NCBI GenBank assembly: GCA_017404385.1 | Contig: JAFRCK010000031.1 | Span: 13,799 to 77,798 of the forward strand | DNA length: 64,000 bases | Reading direction: 5' to 3' | Source of the DNA: Bacilli bacterium | Lineage (GTDB): Bacteria; Bacillota_I; Bacilli_A; RF39; UBA660 | Notes under the pieces: model-generated | The model's database searches: none | Seen by the model: the letters and a program-made list of their open reading frames with translations, nothing else | What the model was told of the DNA's origin: nothing | Made by a program: the position numbers and the translations under genes | Shown here: piece after piece, positions 21,718 to 30,601 of the stretch | Layout: every line of letters begins with the position of its first letter | Position numbering within the stretch: the stretch's first letter is position 1

Positions 21718-21747
21718 GAACTCAAGGTTATCTTGGGTTCTTTTATT
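21718..21747 (+). terminator. Riboswitch expression-platform terminator
   Basis: GAACTCAAGG/CTTGGGTTC stem followed by TTTTATTATT. Confidence 0.7.
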
Positions 21748-21775
21748 ATTTATAGGATGTTAGAAAGGAGGATAT

Positions 21776-21979
21776 ATGGAATTATCTAAATTACAAAGAT
21801 ACACCTATGAAGAAAGAAAAAATGTAATATTAAAATTTCAAAGACTATATAAAACTTTAGAAGCTAAAGAAAAAGTATTAAGAATGATGTCTAATAATGA
21901 TATTAATTTCTTAATTTATTGTATGGATAATATACATGGAAAGATATTTTATTCTAAATTTATAAAGAAAGGAGAATAA
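21776..21979 (+). CDS. Small hypothetical protein (67 aa), first gene of the riboswitch-controlled operon
   Basis: RBS AGGAGG before the ATG. No recognisable motif. Confidence 0.4.
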   Translation: MELSKLQRYTYEERKNVILKFQRLYKTLEAKEKVLRMMSNNDINFLIYCMDNIHGKIFYSKFIKKGE

Positions 21980-21981
21980 TT

Positions 21982-22764
21982 ATGATAGAAAAAGTAAATC
22001 CATCTCATCCAGATAAACAAGCTGATAGAATTGCTGGAGCTTTAGTTGATCTAGCATATTTAAAAAACAATAATCCTAAAATTGCTGTGGAAATCTTATT
22101 AGGACATGGTAAATGTCATATAATAATAGAAACTAGTGAAGAGTTTTCCACCAGTGAGGTACAATCTATAGTAAATAGAATAGTTGGTTCGGTAACACTT
22201 GATCTACAAATAGTAAAACAAGATATAGAACTTGCTAAAAATCAAGAGGGTAAGATTAGATGCGGTGATAATGGAATTTTTAAAGGAGTTCCATTAAGAG
22301 AAGTAGATATAAAATTATCAAATATTGCTAGATCAATATATAAAGAATTTCCTTATGATGGGAAATATGTATTAGATAAAGATAAATTAATTATTTGTCA
22401 AAGTCATGATAAAGAAGATGTTCTTAAGAAAGAATATCCTGATGCCATAGTTAATCCACTAGGTTATTGGACCGGTGGTATTGATTCAGATAGTGGTGCT
22501 ACCAATAGAAAATTAGGTTCTGATATGGCAGAGTCTGTTAGTGGTGGTGGAATACATGGTAAAGATTTATCTAAGTGTGATGTTTCAATAAATATATATG
22601 CTTTTTTAAAAGCACAATCTACTGGGAAAATACAAAAATATAGCTGCGCTATAGGAGATGAATACGTTGATAATATACCATATAGTGAAATTGTTAAGAT
22701 TGCAAAGGATTATATTGATAGTATAGGTGGTTTTGAGAAATTAGCAGAATGGGGATTATATTAA
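21982..22764 (+). CDS. Miniature MetK-like protein (candidate methionine adenosyltransferase-like, 260 aa)
   Basis: Three MAT hallmark motifs in the right order: SHPDKQADRIAGALVD (cf. GHPDKIADQISDAVLD), RCGDNGIFKG (cf. GAGDQGLMFG) and GGGIHGKDLSKCDVS (cf. GGGAFSGKDPSKVDRS). Protein is ~2/3 the length of canonical MetK. Confidence 0.55.
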   Translation: MIEKVNPSHPDKQADRIAGALVDLAYLKNNNPKIAVEILLGHGKCHIIIETSEEFSTSEVQSIVNRIVGSVTLDLQIVKQDIELAKNQEGKIRCGDNGIFKGVPLREVDIKLSNIARSIYKEFPYDGKYVLDKDKLIICQSHDKEDVLKKEYPDAIVNPLGYWTGGIDSDSGATNRKLGSDMAESVSGGGIHGKDLSKCDVSINIYAFLKAQSTGKIQKYSCAIGDEYVDNIPYSEIVKIAKDYIDSIGGFEKLAEWGLY

Positions 22765-22845
22765 ATACTAGTATGTAAAACAAGTAATATCAATTGCTTG
22801 TTTTTATATTGAGTTATGTTATAATTAATTTAGGAAGTGACTGGT

Positions 22846-23073
22846 ATGGGATTATTTGGAGATGATAAAAAAAAGAAGAAACAACAAGATATAGGTGCAT
22901 TATTCTTTATGAATGATGCATTAAATGATAATGAGTATGATGATGAAGAACTAGATGATTATGGTTTAACAGAAGAAGAAAAAGAATTGGTTCGTAAAGG
23001 AGAAAATGATCCTTGGAATTTTGATGAAGAAGATTTAGAAGATGATGATTTTTATGGAGAAGATGATGATTAA
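22846..23073 (+). CDS. Small, extremely acidic (D/E-rich) protein
   Basis: DDEELDDYGLTEEE...DEEDLEDDDFYGEDDD. The island's left junction lies 10 nt after its stop codon. Confidence 0.4.
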   Translation: MGLFGDDKKKKKQQDIGALFFMNDALNDNEYDDEELDDYGLTEEEKELVRKGENDPWNFDEEDLEDDDFYGEDDD

Positions 23074-23333
23074 TCATCTTTTTTAATTGCTCTCTTCCCC
23101 CCCTGACACCTCTTTAGACCTTATTTTATAATGCTTTTCAACTATTTTAGACACCATTTAGATTCCAGCAATTTCTTCAGTTCAGAGAGAGCGTTCACAC
23201 CAGTTCATAATTGACTCTATATAGGATTAAGAATACATTATTATATTAAATTGAAATATCAAAATCATTATAATCTTTTCATGGTATAATATTTATTAGA
23301 GATTATTTAATTTATAAGGATAGTGGTAGTAAT

Positions 23334-24581
23334 ATGTCTAACTATTTTAAAAACATTTCAGATAAAGATGCTTATGATATTTTAAGAAATAAATTCTTTT
23401 TCAATTATAAATATAAGCTAAAAAGCAAAATAACGATTTCTGAGCAATTTAAATTAGTTGCTAGAAATATAAATAATGATGAAATTGAAATATTAGGAAA
23501 GTCAATGATAGAAAAAATAAATGATATATTTATGTTTATAAATAGTAAGGAAGATTTTTACGATAACAATAAAAAAAATAAAGCTTTTCAATCATATTTG
23601 AAAAGAGCTACTGAATTTGATATTAAAACACCAATAATATTTGATCTAGATGGTAATGAATTATATGATATTTATAAAAAAATATTTGATATAATTTCTG
23701 ATAATTACGATTTTATTGATTTAGACAATAAATATAATAGTGCAATGAAAATAACGAATAAATACCTTTCTAGTTTAATTGTTATTTATTCTGAAGATAT
23801 AAATAGTATATATGATTTTATTAAGAATAATAGCGATATTTCAGAAGAATTAATTGAAGATCATTATGATGATTTTATATATAAATATATAGATTTTTGG
23901 AATTCTATTAATTTTAAACAATATAATTATTTAGGAATAAAACTCTGCAAATTTAAAACAAAGTTGAAATCATATTTGTTTATTTCTGACTTAAGTAAAA
24001 GTAATTTTTGTAATGAATGTCTGGGGGTTTTTAAAAATCCTATAGATATTCAGGTTTATGATAATAAATTGTTATATTTGATTGTTAGTAGGTTTAATCC
24101 TATGGGGTATATGGATGACAATAATAGAATAGTATTATATTGGTCATTATTAGAAATGCTATTAACACACAAGCCAAATGATAATTATATAGATGATACT
24201 ATTCAGAAACAATTAACTAGGAATATAACAGATTGCTTTCAAAAATATGGTGTTAATAAAATAAGCAAAAAAGAAATACGATTATTGTATGATTATAGAT
24301 CTGTGATTTCACATGGTGAATTTCTTGAGATTGATAAAATACTAAATAAAATAAAAAAATTAAATTTTATAAATGAATTAAAAGATGCATTAGCAATTGA
24401 AGATGATTTGAAAAAAGGAGATATAGTAGATATTATAAGAATACGTTTACTATATATTTATTCAACAATAATGAAATCATATTTTAATGATTATAAATAT
24501 ATTGTCAATTTAAAAGAATATAGAATTAAGAAAAAAATAATCGTTGATATTATTAAAAATATATTTATAAAGCATGAATGA
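23334..24581 (+). CDS. Hypothetical protein with a possible HEPN-like Rx4H motif (candidate Abi-type protein)
   Basis: YDYRSVISHGEF (R-x4-H). First gene inside the island. Own promoter (TGGTATAAT). Confidence 0.35.
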   Translation: MSNYFKNISDKDAYDILRNKFFFNYKYKLKSKITISEQFKLVARNINNDEIEILGKSMIEKINDIFMFINSKEDFYDNNKKNKAFQSYLKRATEFDIKTPIIFDLDGNELYDIYKKIFDIISDNYDFIDLDNKYNSAMKITNKYLSSLIVIYSEDINSIYDFIKNNSDISEELIEDHYDDFIYKYIDFWNSINFKQYNYLGIKLCKFKTKLKSYLFISDLSKSNFCNECLGVFKNPIDIQVYDNKLLYLIVSRFNPMGYMDDNNRIVLYWSLLEMLLTHKPNDNYIDDTIQKQLTRNITDCFQKYGVNKISKKEIRLLYDYRSVISHGEFLEIDKILNKIKKLNFINELKDALAIEDDLKKGDIVDIIRIRLLYIYSTIMKSYFNDYKYIVNLKEYRIKKKIIVDIIKNIFIKHE

Positions 24582-24648
24582 TATATTAATGTATTAGAAT
24601 TATCAAAAAATGATTTTTTTGTTATAATGCTTACAGAGGTGATTATTA

Positions 24649-25434
24649 GTGGATAATAAACTTTTAAATGATTTTATTTCATATTTTGAAAAAGACAAAT
24701 ATAAATTTGAAAATTTTTGTAAGATTTTTTTAACATGGCTTGGTTTTGATGATGTTATTGTTACTCAAAAGAGTGGAGATAAGGGAATTGATTTAAGATG
24801 CACTAAAAAAGAAATTGATAAATTAGATACTACAGAAATAGAATATATTGTTCAAGCAAAATGCTATAAACACGGAAATAATGTTTCTGGACCAGAAATA
24901 AGAAATTTTAAAGGGACAAGAGAAACATTAGGAAAAAGAAGATTATTTATTACAACAAGTGATTATACAAGTTCAGCAAAAGAAGAAGCATCTGATCCAA
25001 ATCAACCTGTTACTCTTATAAATGGAGAAAAGATTATTGATTATTGTAAGTCTTTGGGTGACCAAGTATTTGATATTCATTTTTCTTGCAATAAACAAAA
25101 ATTAGATGACTTGTTTGTGGAAAGTGCTAATGACAATACAGTTGATAATAAAATAGATGAAGTTATTAAAAGAATTACTAAGAATGATGTTAGAGCTAGA
25201 ATATTAAGAATTCCTAGTGAGTATAAGAATGACCTTAAGGGAAAGAAAAAATATAAATTGATAATTAATGGTAATTTAAAGGAATATTTTAATATTAGCT
25301 CTGATGAAAGATATTTTGGTGGCATTACAAAATATTATAAAACTTTTATACAAGATAAAGATTTTGTGGATGCACAATCATTATGGAAGTTCGATAAACA
25401 AAATGAAATAATTTATGTTGAAATAAAAATGTAG
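24649..25434 (+). CDS. Restriction-endonuclease-fold protein with N-terminal Mrr-cat-like PD-(D/E)xK domain plus a ~130-aa C-terminal domain (GTG start)
   Basis: GDKGIDL...EYIVQAKCYK core. RBS AGAGGTGA before the GTG start. Strong terminator at 25438..25480. Confidence 0.6.
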   Translation: MDNKLLNDFISYFEKDKYKFENFCKIFLTWLGFDDVIVTQKSGDKGIDLRCTKKEIDKLDTTEIEYIVQAKCYKHGNNVSGPEIRNFKGTRETLGKRRLFITTSDYTSSAKEEASDPNQPVTLINGEKIIDYCKSLGDQVFDIHFSCNKQKLDDLFVESANDNTVDNKIDEVIKRITKNDVRARILRIPSEYKNDLKGKKKYKLIINGNLKEYFNISSDERYFGGITKYYKTFIQDKDFVDAQSLWKFDKQNEIIYVEIKM

Positions 25435-25437
25435 TAA

Positions 25438-25480
25438 TAAACATATTTATTATACATTGTGTATGTAAATATGTTTTTTT
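25438..25480 (+). terminator. Terminator after the Mrr-cat gene
   Basis: AAACATATTTA ... TAAATATGTTT followed by TTTTTT. Confidence 0.7.
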
Positions 25481-25519
25481 ATGTTATAATATTATTTAGA
25501 AATGGTAGGTGGTAATAAT

Positions 25520-26398
25520 ATGAAAAGAAAACAGAATTTAGTCCTTCAACCTGTATTGAAATGGGCTGGTGGTAAAAGACAATTATTACCACAATTAGAA
25601 AAATTTTTCCCTAAAAAAAATATAACTTCATATTATGAACCTTTTATAGGTGGAGGAGCTGTGTTATTCCATTTACAACCTAAAAAAGCTGTAATTAATG
25701 ATTATAATGAAGATTTAATTAATCTTTATAGATGCATAAAAGATAATTTAGAAGAATTAATAGAAAAATTAAAATATTATGAAACAAAGAATAATTCTGA
25801 AAGTTTTTATGAAATTAGAGGAATTGATAGAACTGAAGAATATAAAAAATGGTCACCTGTTGAAAAAGCAGCAAGATTAATATATTTAAACAGAACTTGC
25901 TACAACGGATTATTTAGAATGAACAGTGCAGGTCAATTCAATTCACCTTATGGCTCTTATAAGAATCCTTGTATATGCAATGAACCAGTTCTTAGAGCTA
26001 TGAGTAAATATTTTAATGAAAATGATATTGAATTCAAAGCTGGTGATTTTGAGGATGCGTGTAAGGATGCTCCTAAAGGTTCATTTATCTATTTGGACCC
26101 ACCATATGATCAATATGATGAACAACTAAACTTTGTTGGATATACTAAAGATGGTTTTACTCGAGAAGATCAAACTAGATTAAAGAAAATGTGCGATAGA
26201 TTAATTGAAAAAGGTTGTTATGTTATGATTAGTAATTCAAAAACACCTTTTATAGTTGATTTATATAGTGACTCATCTAAGTATGTTACATATACAATTA
26301 ATACTGTTAATGCCAGAAGAAATATTAACAGTAATGCAAAGAAAAGGGGAGAAGTTGAGGAGGTTTTGATCATTGGAAAATTGGATATCGAAAAATAA
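25520..26398 (+). CDS. Dam-family N6-adenine DNA methyltransferase
   Basis: N-terminal LKWAGGKRQLLPQL. Catalytic YLDPPYDQY (DPPY motif). RBS AGGTGG. Confidence 0.9.
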   Translation: MKRKQNLVLQPVLKWAGGKRQLLPQLEKFFPKKNITSYYEPFIGGGAVLFHLQPKKAVINDYNEDLINLYRCIKDNLEELIEKLKYYETKNNSESFYEIRGIDRTEEYKKWSPVEKAARLIYLNRTCYNGLFRMNSAGQFNSPYGSYKNPCICNEPVLRAMSKYFNENDIEFKAGDFEDACKDAPKGSFIYLDPPYDQYDEQLNFVGYTKDGFTREDQTRLKKMCDRLIEKGCYVMISNSKTPFIVDLYSDSSKYVTYTINTVNARRNINSNAKKRGEVEEVLIIGKLDIEK

Positions 26399-27668
26399 TG
26401 AAGCATGGAATTTATTGTTTGATAAATACAATATTGTAAATGAGATTAATAAAAATGGATATTTTGAAATAGCAGCTGATGAGATTAAAACTTCAGGTAG
26501 AGAACCTCGTCTAATGACTAAATTTGATAGTAGTGAAAATTTGCCAGATATTTTTAAAAGTAATCAATTGGCCATATTACCTATAAAACGTGGATCATAT
26601 ATTATTGGCAAATTTCAAAATTATCAATTAGTAGATATTAATAATGATATAGATGTAGAAACAAAGTATTTACCAGATTATATAACTACTATTGATTATA
26701 ATAATATAACAAGTGAAGCAATTTCTTTAAATGCTGCTTATATATCTGGTATGCTTGAAGATATAATAGGTGAACCTGTGGTTCCTACTATTTCTGGTAG
26801 AATGGGAACTGGTGAATTTAAATATCAAATATTATTAAACGATCAAAATTCATTTGATATAAATGTTGAAAATTCGCAAATGGAAATTGACGGAAGTTAT
26901 GAAGGTATTTCTAAATTTGTTATATTAGAAGCCAAAAATCATTATATGAAAGATTTTATAATCAGACAATTATATTATCCATATAAGGTATGGAAATTAA
27001 ATACTAATAAGGAAATAATACCAATTATGTTAATTAAACATGACAACATATTTAATTTCTTTGTATATAGTTTTGAAAATGAAAATGATTATAATAGCAT
27101 CAAACTAAAAGAAATTAAACGATATATATTAGATGAACCTTATAATCCTATTGAAGTTTCAGATATTATGAATGTAATGGAAAATATTGAATTTGCTACA
27201 GAATCTAGTGATGTTCCATTTCCACAAGCTAATACATTCAATATAGTATTAGACTTGTTAGGACAATTAAATGGTCAAGATATGACACCGGATGATATAA
27301 CAAATTTCTTAGAATATGATCCAAGACAAACTAATTATTATATCGATGCTGCAAAGTATTTAGGATTTGTAACAAAAGAAAAAAAGTATACATTAACTGA
27401 ATATGGTAGACGTATAATGAAGATGAATCATAAAGATAGAACATTAGAAATTGTTAAGAGTATTTTATCTCATAAACCATTTTATTTAGCAATGAAACAA
27501 CAATTGGATGATTTTGATTTTAATATAGAAGAAATTGCTAAATCTATAGATGAATGTAGAAATGAAATTAATAAAGAGAGTACAGCTAAGAGAAGAACAA
27601 GTACTGTTACAGCTTGGGTAAAATGGATTTTAGATATTACAAATTATATTGATAAAATTTATTTATAA
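26373..27668 (+). CDS. Putative restriction endonuclease partnered with the Dam-like MTase (PD-ExK motif); TTG start overlapping the MTase stop
   Basis: Strong RBS GAGGAGG 9 nt before TTG 26373, overlapping the last 26 nt of the MTase. Motif EIDGSYEGISKFVILEAKNH (D...E-A-K). Confidence 0.5.
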   Translation: MENWISKNNEAWNLLFDKYNIVNEINKNGYFEIAADEIKTSGREPRLMTKFDSSENLPDIFKSNQLAILPIKRGSYIIGKFQNYQLVDINNDIDVETKYLPDYITTIDYNNITSEAISLNAAYISGMLEDIIGEPVVPTISGRMGTGEFKYQILLNDQNSFDINVENSQMEIDGSYEGISKFVILEAKNHYMKDFIIRQLYYPYKVWKLNTNKEIIPIMLIKHDNIFNFFVYSFENENDYNSIKLKEIKRYILDEPYNPIEVSDIMNVMENIEFATESSDVPFPQANTFNIVLDLLGQLNGQDMTPDDITNFLEYDPRQTNYYIDAAKYLGFVTKEKKYTLTEYGRRIMKMNHKDRTLEIVKSILSHKPFYLAMKQQLDDFDFNIEEIAKSIDECRNEINKESTAKRRTSTVTAWVKWILDITNYIDKIYL

Positions 27669-27721
27669 ATTAAACTAAAAAATTAGACATTTATAAAATT
27701 GTTAAAGAAAGGAATGATAAT

Positions 27722-28720
27722 ATGAAAGGAATTTATAAAGAATTAAAAATTGAAAATATAGAATTAGATATGTCTAACCCGAGAATAGCTAAATATATTG
27801 AAATGTATGATAAAGAAAGTTTATCAAGTGAAGCACTTGCATTGGCATTAGGAAGTGGAGTTGAAGATTCTGGGCAAACAAATTATAATAGCTTATTTAA
27901 TTCTATAAGAACAAATAAAGGAATTATTCATCCTATTTTGGTTAACCATCAAGAAGATGGTAAATATGTTGTAATTGAGGGTAATACAAGATTAAAAATA
28001 TACCAAGAATTTAAAGAAAATAATGTTGATGGAGATTGGGATACAATACCATCAATTGTATATGAAAAATTAAGTTCAGATGAAATACATGCAATTAGAT
28101 TACAATCCCATTTAGTTGGTCCTAGAGAATGGGATCCATATTCTAAGGCAAAATATTTATATAATCTTTGTTATATTGAAAATTTACCAATGAACCAAAT
28201 AATAGATTTTTGCGGTGGTAAAACTAATGAAATTATGAAATATATTCATGCGTATCAAGATATGGAAAAATATTATAGGCCAAAGCTTGAAGCTGAAGAT
28301 GAATTTGACCAAAGAGAGTTTTCTAAGTTTTTGGAATTTCAAAATACTACTGTCAAAGAAGCAGTTTTATCACAGTTTACAATGGAAGATTATTCGCAAT
28401 GGGTAATTGATGGAATTGTTGATACAGCAATAAATGTTCGTAAGTTGCCCCAAATACTAAAAGAACAAAAGGCAACAAAAAAATTATTAAAAAGTAATAT
28501 CAAAGAAGCATATGAGGAAACAATTACTAATAAACCTGGATATAGAGATTTAAATACTGTTTCGTTAGAACAATTATGTATAGAATTAACAAATAGAATT
28601 TATAATATGCAATTAAAAGATTATAAAGAAATAAAAGACGGAAACAGTGAGTTAGGAGCATCTATAACAAATCTTAAATCAACTTTAGATTGGTTTGTTG
28701 AGGATATAAATAAGGACTAA
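27722..28720 (+). CDS. ParB/Srx-superfamily (ParB-like nuclease domain) protein, paralog 1
   Basis: N-terminal NPR box (LDMSNPRIA). HPILVNHQEDGKYVVIEGNTRLKIY (ParB-like catalytic/NTP-binding segment). Homologous to the 30601 gene (LVGPREWDPYSKAKYLYNL vs IIGRKDWEPYEQAGYLYRTL). Confidence 0.6.
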   Translation: MKGIYKELKIENIELDMSNPRIAKYIEMYDKESLSSEALALALGSGVEDSGQTNYNSLFNSIRTNKGIIHPILVNHQEDGKYVVIEGNTRLKIYQEFKENNVDGDWDTIPSIVYEKLSSDEIHAIRLQSHLVGPREWDPYSKAKYLYNLCYIENLPMNQIIDFCGGKTNEIMKYIHAYQDMEKYYRPKLEAEDEFDQREFSKFLEFQNTTVKEAVLSQFTMEDYSQWVIDGIVDTAINVRKLPQILKEQKATKKLLKSNIKEAYEETITNKPGYRDLNTVSLEQLCIELTNRIYNMQLKDYKEIKDGNSELGASITNLKSTLDWFVEDINKD

Positions 28721-29151
28721 TGGAATCAGATAAGCATCACTCACTTGTAAAAAAAATATATAATTATGTAAGAAAATTATATTTTGTTGAAGATGGACTC
28801 ATAGAATCAGATATATATGAAATTCATGGAAATGTAACAAGAATGCCAGAAGGTTTTATACCGGATTTATTTTATATGCATAATAATTTATTAATAATAG
28901 GCGAGGCAAAAACAAATGATGATATAGAAAAAGAACATAGTTTTCGCCAATATAATTCATATTTTAAGTATATTAGTAATAAATCAAAAAAAGGTATAAA
29001 TTGTATTTTTATTATAGCTGTTCCGTGGGAATGCACAAAAACTGCTTTAAGAATTTTTAAAAAATATTCAGAAAATATTAGGGTAAAATTAGTAATTATA
29101 AATGAATTGGGAGTTTATAAAGAATATGAAAAAAATTGTATTGGAAAATGA
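28720..29151 (+). CDS. Small PD-(D/E)xK-fold nuclease-like protein
   Basis: IPDLFYMHNNLLIIGEAKT (D...E-A-K). Start overlaps the upstream stop (TAATGG). Confidence 0.45.
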   Translation: MESDKHHSLVKKIYNYVRKLYFVEDGLIESDIYEIHGNVTRMPEGFIPDLFYMHNNLLIIGEAKTNDDIEKEHSFRQYNSYFKYISNKSKKGINCIFIIAVPWECTKTALRIFKKYSENIRVKLVIINELGVYKEYEKNCIGK

Positions 29152-30601
29152 ACCAAAATATGAAGCCAAATTAAAGTCTTTTATTTACCAATCTCAAGCG
29201 GTAGATTTTGTAAAAGATCTTGAATATGCTGCTATCTTTCATGAACAAGGTTTAGGAAAAACAAAAATAGCATTAGACATTGCTTTATATTGGATATCAA
29301 AAAGAGAGATTGATACAGTATTGATAGTCACAAAAAAAGGGTTAATAAAGAATTGGGAGGATGAAACAAAAATACATTCATTTTTACATCCAAAAGTATT
29401 AAATAATAATAAATCTAGTAATTATTATGTTTTTAATAGTGCAACTAGATTAATAATAACTAATTTTGAAACTATTTCTATCGAAAAAAATAGATTTAAA
29501 CTATTTCTTAAATCAAGAAACGTTGGTGTAATAATTGATGAATCAGCAAAAATAAAAAATCCAAATTCTCAATTAACAAAAGATTTTTTCGAATTATCGC
29601 CTTTATTTGTCAGAAAAGTAATAATGACTGGAACACCAGTAGCAAATAGACCTTATGATATTTGGGCACAAATATTTTTTTTAGATAATGGAAAAAGTCT
29701 GGGAGAAAATTATAAAGAATTTAAATCTAAATCTGACTTATCAAATAAACTTTCGTCTGATCTTAATAAAAAAAATGATTTTGAAAACTTTATTTCTAGT
29801 ATTTTTGATAAAATAAGTGATTTTTCAATTCGTGAAACAAAAAAAAGTGCAAACTTATACCTCCCAGATAAAATTTATCATGACATATGGACTATGTTCA
29901 CTCCAGAGCAAAAGAATATGTATGATAAATTGAGAGAAGAATTGAGAATTGAATTAATTCGTGATGACAAAAAGGAAGAAGATGATGTATCTTCTGTTTT
30001 AAAAAGAATCCTAAGGCTGGAACAGATAACATCAAATCCAAAAATGTTAGATGAAACAATTAATTTTAAGTCTGGTAAAGAAATTGAGTTAAAATCACTT
30101 GTAAAAGATATAGTCAATAGAGGTGAAAAAGTAATAATATGGACAAATTATATATATAATATAAATTATATTAAAGAAATGTTTTTGAAATATAATGCAG
30201 TAACAATAAGTGGAAATATGACTATTGAACAAAGAAATGAATCAGTTAAAAGCTTTAAAACTGGTGATTCTATGGTTTTAATAGCAACACCACAGTCAGC
30301 AAAAGAAGGATTGACTTTAACTGTAGCAAATAATGCGATTTTTTATGATAGAGGATTTAGCTTAGATGATTATCTTCAGGCACAAGATAGAATACATCGA
30401 ATTTCACAAACAAAAGAGTGCAATATATATAATATTATGATAAGGGGAAGTATTGATGAATGGATCCATAAATTATTATTAGTTAAGGAGAAAGCTGCAT
30501 CATTAGTACAAAATGATGTATCAAAAGATGAGTATGTCAATTTAGTGGATTATTCTTATGACAAAATTATAAAAAGAATACTTGATGTGGAGGAAAAATA
30601 A
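29102..30601 (+). CDS. SNF2-family helicase (minimal core; the start may instead be ATG 29126)
   Basis: Motif I EQGLGKTKIALDIALYW, motif II DESAKIKNP, motif VI QAQDRIHRISQTKECNIYNIM. Overlaps the upstream gene. Confidence 0.85.
   Translation: MNWEFIKNMKKIVLENEPKYEAKLKSFIYQSQAVDFVKDLEYAAIFHEQGLGKTKIALDIALYWISKREIDTVLIVTKKGLIKNWEDETKIHSFLHPKVLNNNKSSNYYVFNSATRLIITNFETISIEKNRFKLFLKSRNVGVIIDESAKIKNPNSQLTKDFFELSPLFVRKVIMTGTPVANRPYDIWAQIFFLDNGKSLGENYKEFKSKSDLSNKLSSDLNKKNDFENFISSIFDKISDFSIRETKKSANLYLPDKIYHDIWTMFTPEQKNMYDKLREELRIELIRDDKKEEDDVSSVLKRILRLEQITSNPKMLDETINFKSGKEIELKSLVKDIVNRGEKVIIWTNYIYNINYIKEMFLKYNAVTISGNMTIEQRNESVKSFKTGDSMVLIATPQSAKEGLTLTVANNAIFYDRGFSLDDYLQAQDRIHRISQTKECNIYNIMIRGSIDEWIHKLLLVKEKAASLVQNDVSKDEYVNLVDYSYDKIIKRILDVEEK

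Noticed and set aside
23083-23110. Left junction palindrome as an ordinary rho-independent terminator of the acidic-protein gene
   Set aside because: The T-run precedes rather than follows the hairpin on the plus strand, and an A-run rather than a U-run follows it on the minus strand. The far half of the palindrome lies 9.5 kb away.
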